From a virus: DNA of 34,556 bases. The stretch covers positions 1-34,556 of the IMG/VR virus record IMGVR_UViG_3300045790_002272. One strand, given 5' to 3'. Position numbers and translations under genes: made by a program. Below the pieces are notes generated by a model. The model worked only from the letters and a program-made list of their open reading frames with translations, was not told the DNA's origin and searched no databases. Of this stretch, positions 25,768-33,696 are shown piece after piece (the first letter of the stretch is position 1; every line of letters begins with the position of its first letter).

Positions 25768-26273
25768 GAAACTTAGTAATCGGCGGTATTGAAATACCCG
25801 TTGATGCATCGCATCAGTTAAATCAAGACTATTCAGAAATTAGGGCGGTTAATCGCGTGCGCATGTCCGACGGTTCTCTTAAACAACAGAGTAGTTGGAG
25901 CGGAAAAATATTAACGCAAATATCAGGCTCAGGCCGGTTGCCAATTGGCTTAGATGGCTTAGATTATTTAGCAGGAATAACGATTAAGTGCGTAGCAGAA
26001 AGACGTATTGCCAGCACTGTTAATGCTATTTCAGTGCCGATTGGTAGACGTTCAGATTACGCGGTAGAAGGTGAAGCGTTAGTGAATGGCAAGTGGCAAT
26101 CAACACCGGTTAGCATGTCTGGCGACACTGCAACATTAACAACGGTGACAGGTGCAACGCAGTACCAAGCGATTTATTGGCCAGAAATTGTTTGTTTTGT
26201 TGATCCGCCTGATCTGAATCGCGATGCAAGGCGCTCGGTTTATTCCTGGTCGTTGAAAGCAGAGGAAATTTAA
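25764..26273 (+). CDS. Minor/distal tail protein
   Basis: 169 aa with a TTG start overlapping the TMP stop. Assigned by position only. Confidence 0.5.
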   Translation: MRNLVIGGIEIPVDASHQLNQDYSEIRAVNRVRMSDGSLKQQSSWSGKILTQISGSGRLPIGLDGLDYLAGITIKCVAERRIASTVNAISVPIGRRSDYAVEGEALVNGKWQSTPVSMSGDTATLTTVTGATQYQAIYWPEIVCFVDPPDLNRDARRSVYSWSLKAEEI

Positions 26274-26274
26274 C

Positions 26275-27954
26275 GTGGCTATTTTTAAGGCCGTTATCAC
26301 GCTGAATGGCGTTGATATTACTGCCAACACGTTAGGCGTTGTTAAAGTCGAAGCTGAAGAGAGCGTGGCTAGAATTGCTCGTTTTTTCATGGTGCCGACA
26401 AGTGGGGCGATTAATGCAGGCGATTGGCTGGGCAAGGCTGTAACAATTAATTATCAAACTTTAAACAGTGCCGGAAGCGTGTTAACGGATGACCGAATAT
26501 TTACTGGTATTGTGGATGTTGCTGTTTATGACCATAATAATATTCTAGTAGATTTTAGTTGTACTGATGATTTTCAAAACACAATGGAGTCATTAACGCA
26601 AGCCCAAATAGACACCCTTATTACTGGCTCAAATTGGTCTGAGGCTGTTTTTGGTGAATATAAAGATGGTTGGCAGTATTTAGAAAATCTGCTCGATTCA
26701 GTGCCTAAAGCATACGACATTAACAAAGATGGCGCAGCGGGAACGCTAGTTGATTGGGCGGCTAAGGTAACGCCTGATTATAGTTTTGATGTTAGTAGTA
26801 TCATCAATAATTCAATGAGCTATTCGCTAGCGCCAAGGCGCGAACTATACAATTCTACTGTTTTAACGTATCAATACAGGTTCGGTCGATTAAAACACCG
26901 TGAGCATTCATTCGGCTGGGCGGTTTCCAATGGCATCCCTTTTTGGACGTTTTGCGATGTTTACTTGGTTGATGCGCACGAGTTACCCACGCGAGATATG
27001 ATTAACGCGGCGGCTGAAGGGTCTGGGTGGAAAATTCAAGCGCCTATTTCTTATACTAAATTACCCGATACTGGTTTAGTTTGTGGCAATCAATCGTGGG
27101 GGATAACGGATGCGTTGAGGGATAGCCTGGTAACCGGAGCATCATTCACCGCTGCGAAACGATGGTCACAAACGGCAACGGAAACGTATACGATAACAGT
27201 CGATGCGCCACAGTCTGTCGCATGGCTGGGTTCAATTAATTTTGATGAGGGCATATCTAACAGCACAGAATTAGATGCTGATGGATGGACAGATACAGGC
27301 GAAACACCAACAGGCTACAGAGTTGATGCACTAGGTGATTTTGTGATTGATAAACATGACAGGGCGGTATCAGATCAGGATATTATCACGGCTATATCAC
27401 GCGCAAGAACTGAGATATTAGCAGCGCATAGGGCTAATTGGGTGGAGGCATCAATACTATTAAAGCCAGAGCTTGAACGATTCCACACCGTAGAATTAGA
27501 TGGACTTATGGCTAACGGTGCGGAGTTGACGGGTAAGGGCAAGGTAGTTCATTTAACGCATGAAATTGATATTGATAATGGCACAGCTGAAACATTGGTA
27601 AGAGTAGCTGTGTCGTTAAATGGTGGCGCAGCAGCGGGTGGTGATTCTGCTATCACGCCACCAGCCGCCCCATTAAGTGACCCTATTGGCGCTGTGCCTA
27701 GCAATACAACGTCGCTATCAACGCGCTTGGGTAATGATGATTCGGTGCCTGTGTTTGATGAAGCGTGGGATGGTTTTACCGGCAACTGGACAGCCGCAAA
27801 AGGTACGCCATCGGAAAGCCAAATCTACCCGCGCCGTTTCTCAGTCACAACGCCTGATATTAATCAGGATGCGGTTGATGCAGCAGAAGGCTCAACGAGT
27901 CAAACTTATAGTTTTGATATACCCAACGAAACATTAACAATAGTGGTCCCATAA
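26275..27954 (+). CDS. Tail tip / baseplate-hub-like protein
   Basis: 559 aa with a GTG start. Assigned by position after the TMP and distal tail protein. Confidence 0.5.
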   Translation: MAIFKAVITLNGVDITANTLGVVKVEAEESVARIARFFMVPTSGAINAGDWLGKAVTINYQTLNSAGSVLTDDRIFTGIVDVAVYDHNNILVDFSCTDDFQNTMESLTQAQIDTLITGSNWSEAVFGEYKDGWQYLENLLDSVPKAYDINKDGAAGTLVDWAAKVTPDYSFDVSSIINNSMSYSLAPRRELYNSTVLTYQYRFGRLKHREHSFGWAVSNGIPFWTFCDVYLVDAHELPTRDMINAAAEGSGWKIQAPISYTKLPDTGLVCGNQSWGITDALRDSLVTGASFTAAKRWSQTATETYTITVDAPQSVAWLGSINFDEGISNSTELDADGWTDTGETPTGYRVDALGDFVIDKHDRAVSDQDIITAISRARTEILAAHRANWVEASILLKPELERFHTVELDGLMANGAELTGKGKVVHLTHEIDIDNGTAETLVRVAVSLNGGAAAGGDSAITPPAAPLSDPIGAVPSNTTSLSTRLGNDDSVPVFDEAWDGFTGNWTAAKGTPSESQIYPRRFSVTTPDINQDAVDAAEGSTSQTYSFDIPNETLTIVVP

Positions 27955-28931
27955 TGGCCGATAAAAAATATATACGTGATTTAAACAGCCTAATTCGCTT
28001 CAACCCACGAAAGCGGCTAAAAACGCCACCATTAAGAAACTCAATATTAGGTGGAAGGGGCTTAGCAGAACTAGGCGAGCCAGAACCAACAGATGCAGGA
28101 GCGCAAAATATGTATTTCAATCATCCGTCCCCCGTTGGCGCTTACGAATATTTAAGCGACGGCTCAGCACCTTCATTGTTTGGCAGTGTTGGTGGAAATA
28201 GCGGTCTTGGTATTGTGGGCGCAGATGTTTTTTCAAGCGACGCTAATCAAGGTCTGGTGTATAAAAACGGCTCGTCTTTCTTTAGTACAGTAAATTCATA
28301 TGCTCGTGTGGCAGCTAATTCAACAAAGCTTGTCGTAGAAAATGGAGATTATACAGTTAGCTTATATGATCACGATGGGACGTTTGATAGAACGTTTTCA
28401 CTACCGTTTGGGTGGCAGGCATCGGGCGTCCCCTTCGCAGCTAATGATGTTGGGGTTGCTTATATACACGATACCACAAGCGGCACGGAAATGATTATGT
28501 CTGATTATGCCGGGGTGCAGCTAAGCAGCACTTTGTTTAATGACATTGGCAATTCTGATATGTGCGCAGCCAGTAAGCATTGTTTCTTATTTGTAGATCG
28601 AGATTATAATAGTGACGAAAAAAGACTAAAGGTATTTAATACTGCGGGTACGTTGATTGGTACGCACATTATCGTTGAATCGACGCTAGAAACTGCGCTA
28701 AATGGACAACTTGATGCGGTTGGTATTACAGAAAATGAAATATACTTGGTTGGATGGAATGGCTCAAGCGCTCCGAACGTATTAATATATGATTTAACGC
28801 TGACGATAGACGGGGCAGGGCTTGCAACAGCATCGGCGCTAGGCACATTACAGTATACTGTGACAAGCCCCGGTGTCAACGGTGCTGCAAGTGCTGTTCA
28901 CGGCGTTATTAATGCTGAATTAATGGCTTAG
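27954..28931 (+). CDS. Putative receptor-binding / tail fibre protein
   Basis: 325 aa, last structural ORF before attP. No family recognised. Confidence 0.4.
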   Translation: MADKKYIRDLNSLIRFNPRKRLKTPPLRNSILGGRGLAELGEPEPTDAGAQNMYFNHPSPVGAYEYLSDGSAPSLFGSVGGNSGLGIVGADVFSSDANQGLVYKNGSSFFSTVNSYARVAANSTKLVVENGDYTVSLYDHDGTFDRTFSLPFGWQASGVPFAANDVGVAYIHDTTSGTEMIMSDYAGVQLSSTLFNDIGNSDMCAASKHCFLFVDRDYNSDEKRLKVFNTAGTLIGTHIIVESTLETALNGQLDAVGITENEIYLVGWNGSSAPNVLIYDLTLTIDGAGLATASALGTLQYTVTSPGVNGAASAVHGVINAELMA

Positions 28932-29111
28932 TTTGAATAGATATTTTGATACTCGAAATATTTATCAACATAAAGTGAAGATTGCTATATAATCCCCGAC
29001 ACACTTTTTGCCCCACTTTGCATAATACAATGCAATATGAGGCAACGAAGATTGTGCCGAAACGAGTAAAAACAACAACTTAAGCATTGTATAGTGTTGA
29101 CTTAAAACGCT

Positions 29112-29142
29112 TAAAAGAGTTCGAGTCTCTCCTTTCGCACCA
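29112..29142 (+). other. attP core candidate: 3' fragment of a tRNA (T-arm, acceptor, CCA)
   Basis: AAGAG-TTCGAGT-CTCTC-CTTTCGC-A-CCA ends at 29142, 42 nt from the int stop. Resembles tRNA-Leu 3' ends (..GTTCGAGTC..CCTTCGGCACCA). No matching 5' half upstream. Confidence 0.65.
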
Positions 29143-29183
29143 TCTATTTAGTTATAAATCAATAGGTTATGTTTTTATATAAT

Positions 29184-30371
29184 CTATTTGACACCGTTTA
29201 GACCCTTTTTCTCTTGGAATGGGGTAGATTCGCGCATTATTTGTGATTGTTTTGCTTTGTCGGATTTTTCTATCCATCGTGCATAGCTTCTGAAGAATTC
29301 TTTTAATGAATTGCCCATTTGATCTGCTAGATAGCCTGGTGAGCAGCCTTGTGTGAGGTAATAGCTGGCGTAGCTGTGGCGCATGTTGTACATGGGGCGG
29401 TGGCGTAGTTTTAGGTGCGTGAGTACGCGTTTCCATGCCAGTTGCAGGGGTTCTATGTTGATGAGGGGTTTTTGATTGGCTTGGGTGAATACCCATTCTT
29501 TTTTGAAGCCGCTTATTTCGCGCATGGTGTTTAGTGCGTGTTCTGTGCGGCTGTTTAAGTCGATGATTCTGCTTTCGCCTGTTTTTGTGCCTTGTTCGAT
29601 GCCGTTGCGGGTTCGTTTGCGGCAGATGCGTGCTTCTTGGTTGCGGATGGATATTTCGTTCCAGAGTAGTGCGGTGGGCTCGCTGGGTGATCGTACGCCG
29701 CTGTAAAAGCAAAATTCTATGTATGCTGCGTGTTCTTTGCTTTCGCGCGCGTAGAAGGCGTCTATTATTGCGTTGGCTTCTACGTTGTCGAACGGGTCTG
29801 GTAGGGGTGTTGGCCGTGTTTTGTTGGTGATTTGTTCGCAGGGGTTTTGGTGTTTTAGTATGGCGCCGTCTTTTACCGCTTGGTTGAATGTGCCGCGCAA
29901 GCAGGTTAGCCAGTCGTTATACGTGCTAACGCTGGGGGTTTTGTTGTATTCTTGCTGAAATTCATCTATTACGCTGGCGAGTGTGTCTGATATTAGGCTG
30001 TAGCTGATGCTGGCTATTTGTCGATCGCTTAAGTAGGGCATCCATATCCGGTTGAGGATGCCTTTCCATTTGTAGCTGGTGCGCTCTGTCCAGCCGTTTT
30101 GTGGGTTGTTGACCCATGATTGTGCATAGTGATGAAATGTGCCTGCGCTGCGGCTGGTGGCGCGTGGGTCGTTCGGGAAGTAATCGCTCCACCTGAATGT
30201 GCCGTATTTGCATTTTAGGCGTATTTGCTCGCGTAGTTCGGCGGCTTTTTGGACGTTGGCGGGTGTGGCGGTCCATCCATCGAGTGTGACATAGCTGTAT
30301 TTTTTATCGCCTGGTGGTTTAAATTTTATTTGTATTTGACCGCCGCGAATTCGTACGCCTTTTGTTGCCAT
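29184..30371 (-). CDS. int: Tyrosine integrase (lambda-type, with an arm-binding N-domain)
   Basis: N-terminus GVRIRGGQIQIKF (arm-binding type). Catalytic YSGVRSPSE (R), NMRHSYASY (H-x-x-R region), FFRSYARW (Y). About 100 aa separate box I and box II, so there is no IntI-type insertion. Confidence 0.9.
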   Translation of the reverse strand: MATKGVRIRGGQIQIKFKPPGDKKYSYVTLDGWTATPANVQKAAELREQIRLKCKYGTFRWSDYFPNDPRATSRSAGTFHHYAQSWVNNPQNGWTERTSYKWKGILNRIWMPYLSDRQIASISYSLISDTLASVIDEFQQEYNKTPSVSTYNDWLTCLRGTFNQAVKDGAILKHQNPCEQITNKTRPTPLPDPFDNVEANAIIDAFYARESKEHAAYIEFCFYSGVRSPSEPTALLWNEISIRNQEARICRKRTRNGIEQGTKTGESRIIDLNSRTEHALNTMREISGFKKEWVFTQANQKPLINIEPLQLAWKRVLTHLKLRHRPMYNMRHSYASYYLTQGCSPGYLADQMGNSLKEFFRSYARWIEKSDKAKQSQIMRESTPFQEKKGLNGVK

Positions 30372-30383
30372 GTTTTTCCTTTT

Positions 30384-30671
30384 TTACATTGCTGATACGC
30401 GTGGGAATGCTTTGCGCGTCCATTCCTGTACGCGACTCCACCCGATTCTTGATTTCCATAGTTTGCCGTCTATATAGCAGTCGTAACAATCGATTCTATC
30501 TGTTTTGCGCAATTCCATGCGGTATTCTTTGCGACCAAAGTCGTGATCTATGATGATGATTTCACGACGTAGGTCGGGCAGTTTAGCTGGATAGTCTGGC
30601 TGTGGGCTTTCTAAGCGTGTTCGTTCACGGGCTTTTAACGCTTGTTGTGCTCGTTTGGTTGTTCTGTACAT
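30384..30671 (-). CDS. Hypothetical basic protein upstream of int
   Basis: 95 aa, 12 nt from the int start. RBS AGGTAGGA. No family recognised. Confidence 0.5.
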   Translation of the reverse strand: MYRTTKRAQQALKARERTRLESPQPDYPAKLPDLRREIIIIDHDFGRKEYRMELRKTDRIDCYDCYIDGKLWKSRIGWSRVQEWTRKAFPRVSAM

Positions 30672-30706
30672 TTTTTCCTACCTTGCACGGTTAGGTTAAT
30701 GCGGTG

Positions 30707-31048
30707 TTATGCAGCATTCGAGAAGTTGGTAATCTCAGAGATTCCAACACGTTCTTGGTATCCGCTAGATTGAGTAAAATCTTTTGTTAGCCACACATCA
30801 CCCATGCGGCTGGCTCCAGTGACTCGGTAGCGCTCGCCTTTATAATCACAATAGAGTTGGTACTGAGTAATAATATTGGAGAACTTACACTTCAATGTTT
30901 CCGGCATTCTCTTCATATTCAAAAACCAGCTTGCGTACACGTCTGTGTCGGGATGGTCAATGAATTCGTCAACATGCTCCATAACAAGCAGGTCAACTCG
31001 ACCGCTTACCGCGTCGTTTGTTTCAAATTCTGTGGTTCCGTTTATCAT
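30707..31048 (-). CDS. Hypothetical protein (113 aa)
   Basis: RBS GGAGA. TAA stop is the complement of TTA in GTTATGC (30706-30712). Confidence 0.55.
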   Translation of the reverse strand: MINGTTEFETNDAVSGRVDLLVMEHVDEFIDHPDTDVYASWFLNMKRMPETLKCKFSNIITQYQLYCDYKGERYRVTGASRMGDVWLTKDFTQSSGYQERVGISEITNFSNAA

Positions 31049-31107
31049 TTTCGTGTCTCCAAGTTTGTGCCACTCAATCGCGGCAAGTTACCTTCATCGT
31101 TATGTGT

Positions 31108-31356
31108 CTAAATCATATCGTCGATTCGTTTTTTTAATCCGTTAATATTGCGAATATCATCAAGCCTTCTATGGCCATGGAAATAATCATCAATTAGATT
31201 CATATCTACCCACCGACTTTCCTCTAAGTCAAAAAACTGCTTTTCGCAATTAAGATACACTCCTTCCATTTCATCGCCATAGTTGTACATGCAATAAGTG
31301 ACTGCCATATTCGGTGCATCATCCACTATCTGCGTATCAGTTTTGTAGCCCTTCAT
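31108..31356 (-). CDS. Hypothetical protein (82 aa; start trimmed to MKGYKTD)
   Basis: Strong RBS GGGAGGA 4 nt upstream of ATG 31356. Confidence 0.5.
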   Translation of the reverse strand: MKGYKTDTQIVDDAPNMAVTYCMYNYGDEMEGVYLNCEKQFFDLEESRWVDMNLIDDYFHGHRRLDDIRNINGLKKRIDDMI

Positions 31357-31371
31357 AAATCCTCCCGTAAC

Positions 31372-31496
31372 ACATAACAACAGCTTCATTGCGACCCTGC
31401 GGGTCGTGGCTTTGTTCTGTATTTTCGTTTGCGTCTGTCATCGTCTCAATCTCCTAAACCTACTTCCCCGCAGGGCGCTATAAGCAGGGGTTATAC
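31372..31496 (+). repeat. attC-like site (125 nt)
   Basis: ACATAAC-AACA-GCTT[C]ATTGCG[A]CCCTGCGGG...63 nt...CCCGCAGGG-CGCTAT-AAGC-AGGG-GTTATAC. About 19 bp of pairing, with two unpaired bases 6 nt apart on the 5' arm. Confidence 0.65.
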
Positions 31497-31769
31497 GGAT
31501 AGTCCGTCTCGATCAGCCAGCGCTGTCTCGCATGAATTTAGTAGCGTTGATGTGTGAACTAAGTTTCTTTCTGCCAATCCTAGCTGTAGCTCAAGCTCCT
31601 TAATTCTATTCAAGCTTCGCTCAGCAAGATCAACGCAGGAAACGGTAATGAACGACTCGTACCCTGATTCAGTTTCATACAGAACATCAATCTCTGAGTT
31701 ACCCAAGTCGTCAGGAGAGTAAGCGGCTAATGTTTCTAGTTGATATTTTATGTGTTCGTTTTCATTCAT
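31491..31769 (-). CDS. Hypothetical acidic protein (92 aa; start trimmed to MNENEH)
   Basis: RBS GGAG upstream of ATG 31769. The longer form would run into the attC-like site. Stop lies in GTTATAC. Confidence 0.55.
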   Translation of the reverse strand: MNENEHIKYQLETLAAYSPDDLGNSEIDVLYETESGYESFITVSCVDLAERSLNRIKELELQLGLAERNLVHTSTLLNSCETALADRDGLSV

Positions 31770-31787
31770 AGTTTTTACTCCGTTTTC

Positions 31788-31849
31788 GTATAACAAGTCT
31801 TTCAAAAAGAGCCGGAACAGCACCGGCCTGTTTAACTAGGGCGTTAGCG
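31788..31849 (+). repeat. attC-like site (62 nt, type 1)
   Basis: GTATAAC-AAGTC-TTT[C]AAAAAG[A]GCCGG-aacagca-CCGGCCTGTTTAAC-TAGGGC-GTTAGCG. Confidence 0.7.
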
Positions 31850-32005
31850 AGCCTGGCGGCGCTTGTTCAGCTTCGCAACATAGGCCCGTATCTGCTTAAA
31901 ATCGTCAGGGTGGGCATAAAGGCTTCGAATCTCTTTAAGCCCCTCTGCTGCCCTGCGCTCCTTTAATTCTGCCTGCCGCTCCGCAACGGTTTTGGCAGCA
32001 CTCAT
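31844..32005 (-). CDS. Small basic protein (53 aa), ERQAxLxERRAAxG family; not in the ORF track
   Basis: Hand translation gives MSAAKTVAERQAELKERRAAEGLKEIRSLYAHPDDFKQIRAYVAKLNKRRQAR. ATGA overlap with the upstream ORF. Paralogue of 33693-33836. Confidence 0.55.
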   Translation of the reverse strand: MSAAKTVAERQAELKERRAAEGLKEIRSLYAHPDDFKQIRAYVAKLNKRRQAR

Positions 32006-32187
32006 ATCCGTTCCGCCTTTGTCGCTGGAACAGACTTGAGGTCTCCTTTAGGCCAGTTGCACTTAGATGACTGAGGGGAGCAAAGCAGTATCACGCGCCC
32101 ACTTGCTCCAAATTCGATATCCTCAATCTTCCAGTCTGCACCGTTGAATTTAACTATTGCGCCCTTTTCAATTTCTTCCAGTTTCAT
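32002..32187 (-). CDS. Hypothetical protein (61 aa), first gene of a two-gene unit
   Basis: RBS GGTGA. Preceded by its own promoter. Translationally coupled to the 53-aa ORF. Confidence 0.5.
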   Translation of the reverse strand: MKLEEIEKGAIVKFNGADWKIEDIEFGASGRVILLCSPQSSKCNWPKGDLKSVPATKAERI

Positions 32188-32213
32188 ATCTTCACCTTTA
32201 GGTTAGTCGTAAC

Positions 32214-32244
32214 ATAATAATAGCTGTTAGTCGTAACGTGTCAA
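32214..32244 (-). promoter_or_regulatory. Cassette-internal sigma70-like promoter flanked by 12-bp direct repeats
   Basis: Minus strand: TTGACA, 17-19 nt spacer, ATTATT/TATTAT. GTTACGACTAAC occurs twice (32226-32237 and 32202-32213), bracketing the -10. Confidence 0.55.
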
Positions 32245-32251
32245 GTGTTTT

Positions 32252-32321
32252 CGCTAACACCCCGCAGCATCCGACCCTCAAAGCTTGCAGCTTTTCGGTC
32301 GGCTGTGCTCCAAGGTTATAT
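32252..32321 (+). repeat. attC-like site (70 nt)
   Basis: CGCTAAC-ACCCC-GCAGCATCCGACC-ctc-AAAGCT-tgc-AGCTTT-tc-GGTCGGCTGTGC-TCCAAG-GTTATAT. Spacers are 5 and 6 nt. Extra bases on the 5' arm. Confidence 0.55.
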
Positions 32322-32537
32322 GTACGCCTTTACAAAAAGTGGTGCTCTTAAATATGTCTTTGACGCGTCATCAAAAACCATATTATTCGGATTTAGCTCT
32401 CTGTAATTTTTAAAATCTCTCGTAGCAGTTGCAGGGCTAATTCCAAAGAAATCTATAATAAATTCACGTTTTATTTGGCCGTATTTATCTAGCAAAAAGT
32501 CAATCAGCCTGAGTCTTTGTTCAATTGCGTAGTTCAT
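32316..32537 (-). CDS. Small wHTH protein (73 aa; DeoR/HTH_11-like)
   Basis: RLRLIDFLLDKYGQIKREFIIDFFGISPATATRDFKNYRE. Stop lies in GTTATAT. Confidence 0.55.
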   Translation of the reverse strand: MNYAIEQRLRLIDFLLDKYGQIKREFIIDFFGISPATATRDFKNYRELNPNNMVFDDASKTYLRAPLFVKAYI

Positions 32538-32560
32538 AATTTACCTTTTTCACGGTTTTC

Positions 32561-32622
32561 ATATAACAATTCTTTCAATCAGAGCCGGAAAAGCACCGGC
32601 CTGTTTAACTAAAGCGTTATGT
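32561..32622 (+). repeat. attC-like site (62 nt, type 1)
   Basis: ATATAAC-AATTC-TTT[C]AATCAG[A]GCCGG-aaaagca-CCGGCCTGTTTAAC-TAAAGC-GTTATGT. Confidence 0.7.
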
Positions 32623-32952
32623 GTCTTCATTTCTTGATTTCATTAAGACTCTAATTTCTTGGGCTATTATTTGACGCGCCCTGGTCGCGCTTACACCTAG
32701 AACTTCGCCAGCTTGTGCGTAAGTCTTTCCGTCTAATTTATGTAGTGTTAGGATGATTCCTCGGAGTCGCTTATTCTGATTTTGTAGCTTTTGATAGCTC
32801 TCGTAGGTCACGTTGGCTTCTTTTTTATCGCTTCTGTTGCTTTTTTTGAGATCAGCTTCTTTTTTTCTAGAGGCCTTGATTTCCTCCGTTAGGCTCCTTT
32901 CTTTATTTCTCACTCTTTCTCGTTCTTCAATTAATACGCTTAAATCGCTCAT
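32617..32952 (-). CDS. Coiled-coil protein with a C-terminal sigma70-region-4-like HTH (111 aa)
   Basis: KTYAQAGEVLGVSATRARQIIAQEIRVL. ATG lies in GTTATG (complement of the TAAC box). Stop lies in GTTATGT. Confidence 0.55.
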   Translation of the reverse strand: MSDLSVLIEERERVRNKERSLTEEIKASRKKEADLKKSNRSDKKEANVTYESYQKLQNQNKRLRGIILTLHKLDGKTYAQAGEVLGVSATRARQIIAQEIRVLMKSRNEDT

Positions 32953-33051
32953 AACAAGTATCTCCAGTTGACAAATAACCGCATCGGCATTTGTCGTTAA
33001 ATTTAAAGTTTTCAGTAGCGGTTATTTGCTACTGAGAATTTGGCGTTATGC
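32949..33051 (+). repeat. attC-like site (103 nt, type 2)
   Basis: TCATAAC-AAGTA-TCTC[C]AGT-tga-CAAATAACCGC...GCGGTTATTTG-ct-ACTGAGA-ATTTGGC-GTTATGC. The complement of TCTCC is the GGAGA RBS of ORF 32617-32952. Confidence 0.65.
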
Positions 33052-33261
33052 TTCGGGCAGTTTGTAGTTTCCATCATTTCGCGGCCACAAGAAAATAGCA
33101 TCCTTCGGAGGAATCCACCCTCTAGCCTTTGACCCTACAGGGTGAGCTATACAGTCTGATCGATTAACACCGTAAAGTTTTGGCAGTTGCCAAGCGCTTA
33201 TATAGTGCCTATCACCATCTTTGGCTACTACCCCACCTCCGCTTAATACATAAATAGGCAT
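33046..33261 (-). CDS. Hypothetical protein (71 aa)
   Basis: ATG lies in GTTATG, RBS GGAGA lies inside the type-2 site, stop lies in GTTATGC. Confidence 0.55.
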   Translation of the reverse strand: MPIYVLSGGGVVAKDGDRHYISAWQLPKLYGVNRSDCIAHPVGSKARGWIPPKDAIFLWPRNDGNYKLPEA

Positions 33262-33359
33262 AACAAGTATCTCCAGTTGACAAATAACCGTTCCGGCTTT
33301 GTCATTAAATTTAAAGTTTTCAGTAGCGGTTATTTGCTACTGAGAATCGGGCGTTAGGC
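33258..33359 (+). repeat. attC-like site (102 nt, type 2)
   Basis: Near-identical to 32949-33051, with differences in the central loop and the right-hand spacer. Ends GTTAGGC. Confidence 0.65.
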
Positions 33360-33696
33360 CGCTATGTAAACGCGGTGTTGTCCGGCAACTTTCATATCTT
33401 TTGTAAGCTCCTTTATTTCACCAAGCTCAACCAGCCTGTCTACGCAAGCCAGCATTGCCCACGAATCACCAGTGCAGCCAGCAATAATCTCTTGGCACCT
33501 CGCAGCCCCCGAGGTTTCTAAAAGCCGCTTTGCTTGGTCGCGTATTTTTAAAAATTGCTTTTGGCCTTCTTCTGTAAAAATGGCTGCCTTTTCATCTTCA
33601 TAGTTGTACATAAATCAATCCGTAGTTGGGCGCTGCCTAACAACGCCATTAAAAATCGGACTCCGCTACCGCTACGCCGTTTATGGCAAGGGTTAT
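33351..33696. repeat. 346-bp direct repeat, copy A (ORF plus attC-like site)
   Basis: Identical to 34290-34556 continued at 128-206, except one base (33618 a versus 128 c). Confidence 0.9.
33354..33611 (-). CDS. Hypothetical protein (85 aa), copy A
   Basis: Protein identical to 34293-34550. Stop lies in GTTAGGC. Confidence 0.6.
   Translation of the reverse strand: MYNYEDEKAAIFTEEGQKQFLKIRDQAKRLLETSGAARCQEIIAGCTGDSWAMLACVDRLVELGEIKELTKDMKVAGQHRVYIAA

Noticed and set aside
29056-29142. A complete tRNA gene ending at the CCA at 29142
   Set aside because: Only the T-arm, 3' acceptor strand and CCA are recognisable. The upstream 60 nt have no complementary 5' acceptor (GCGAAAG would be needed), no D-arm GG and no anticodon stem. 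I treat it as an attP fragment.
29184-30371. The integrase as an integron IntI
   Set aside because: It has an arm-type N-terminal domain (GVRIRGGQIQIKF). The spacing between the catalytic Arg and the H-x-x-R box is about 100 aa, with no extra IntI-specific segment. It sits next to a tRNA-fragment attP. It is a typical phage integrase.
31049-31105. A full attC-like site between ORFs 30707-31048 and 31108-31356
   Set aside because: CGTTATGTGTCT (shared with 32615-32626) is present, but I could not find a TAAC arm or convincing arm pairing. The adjacent ORF stops at a TAG outside the box. At most it is a degenerate remnant.
31788-31849. The hairpins of the 62-nt elements as plain rho-independent terminators
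   Set aside because: On the transcribed (minus) strand the GCCGG/CCGGC stem is followed by CTCTGATTGAA, not a U tract. The conserved TAAC/GTTA ends and bulged bases are not explained by a terminator role.
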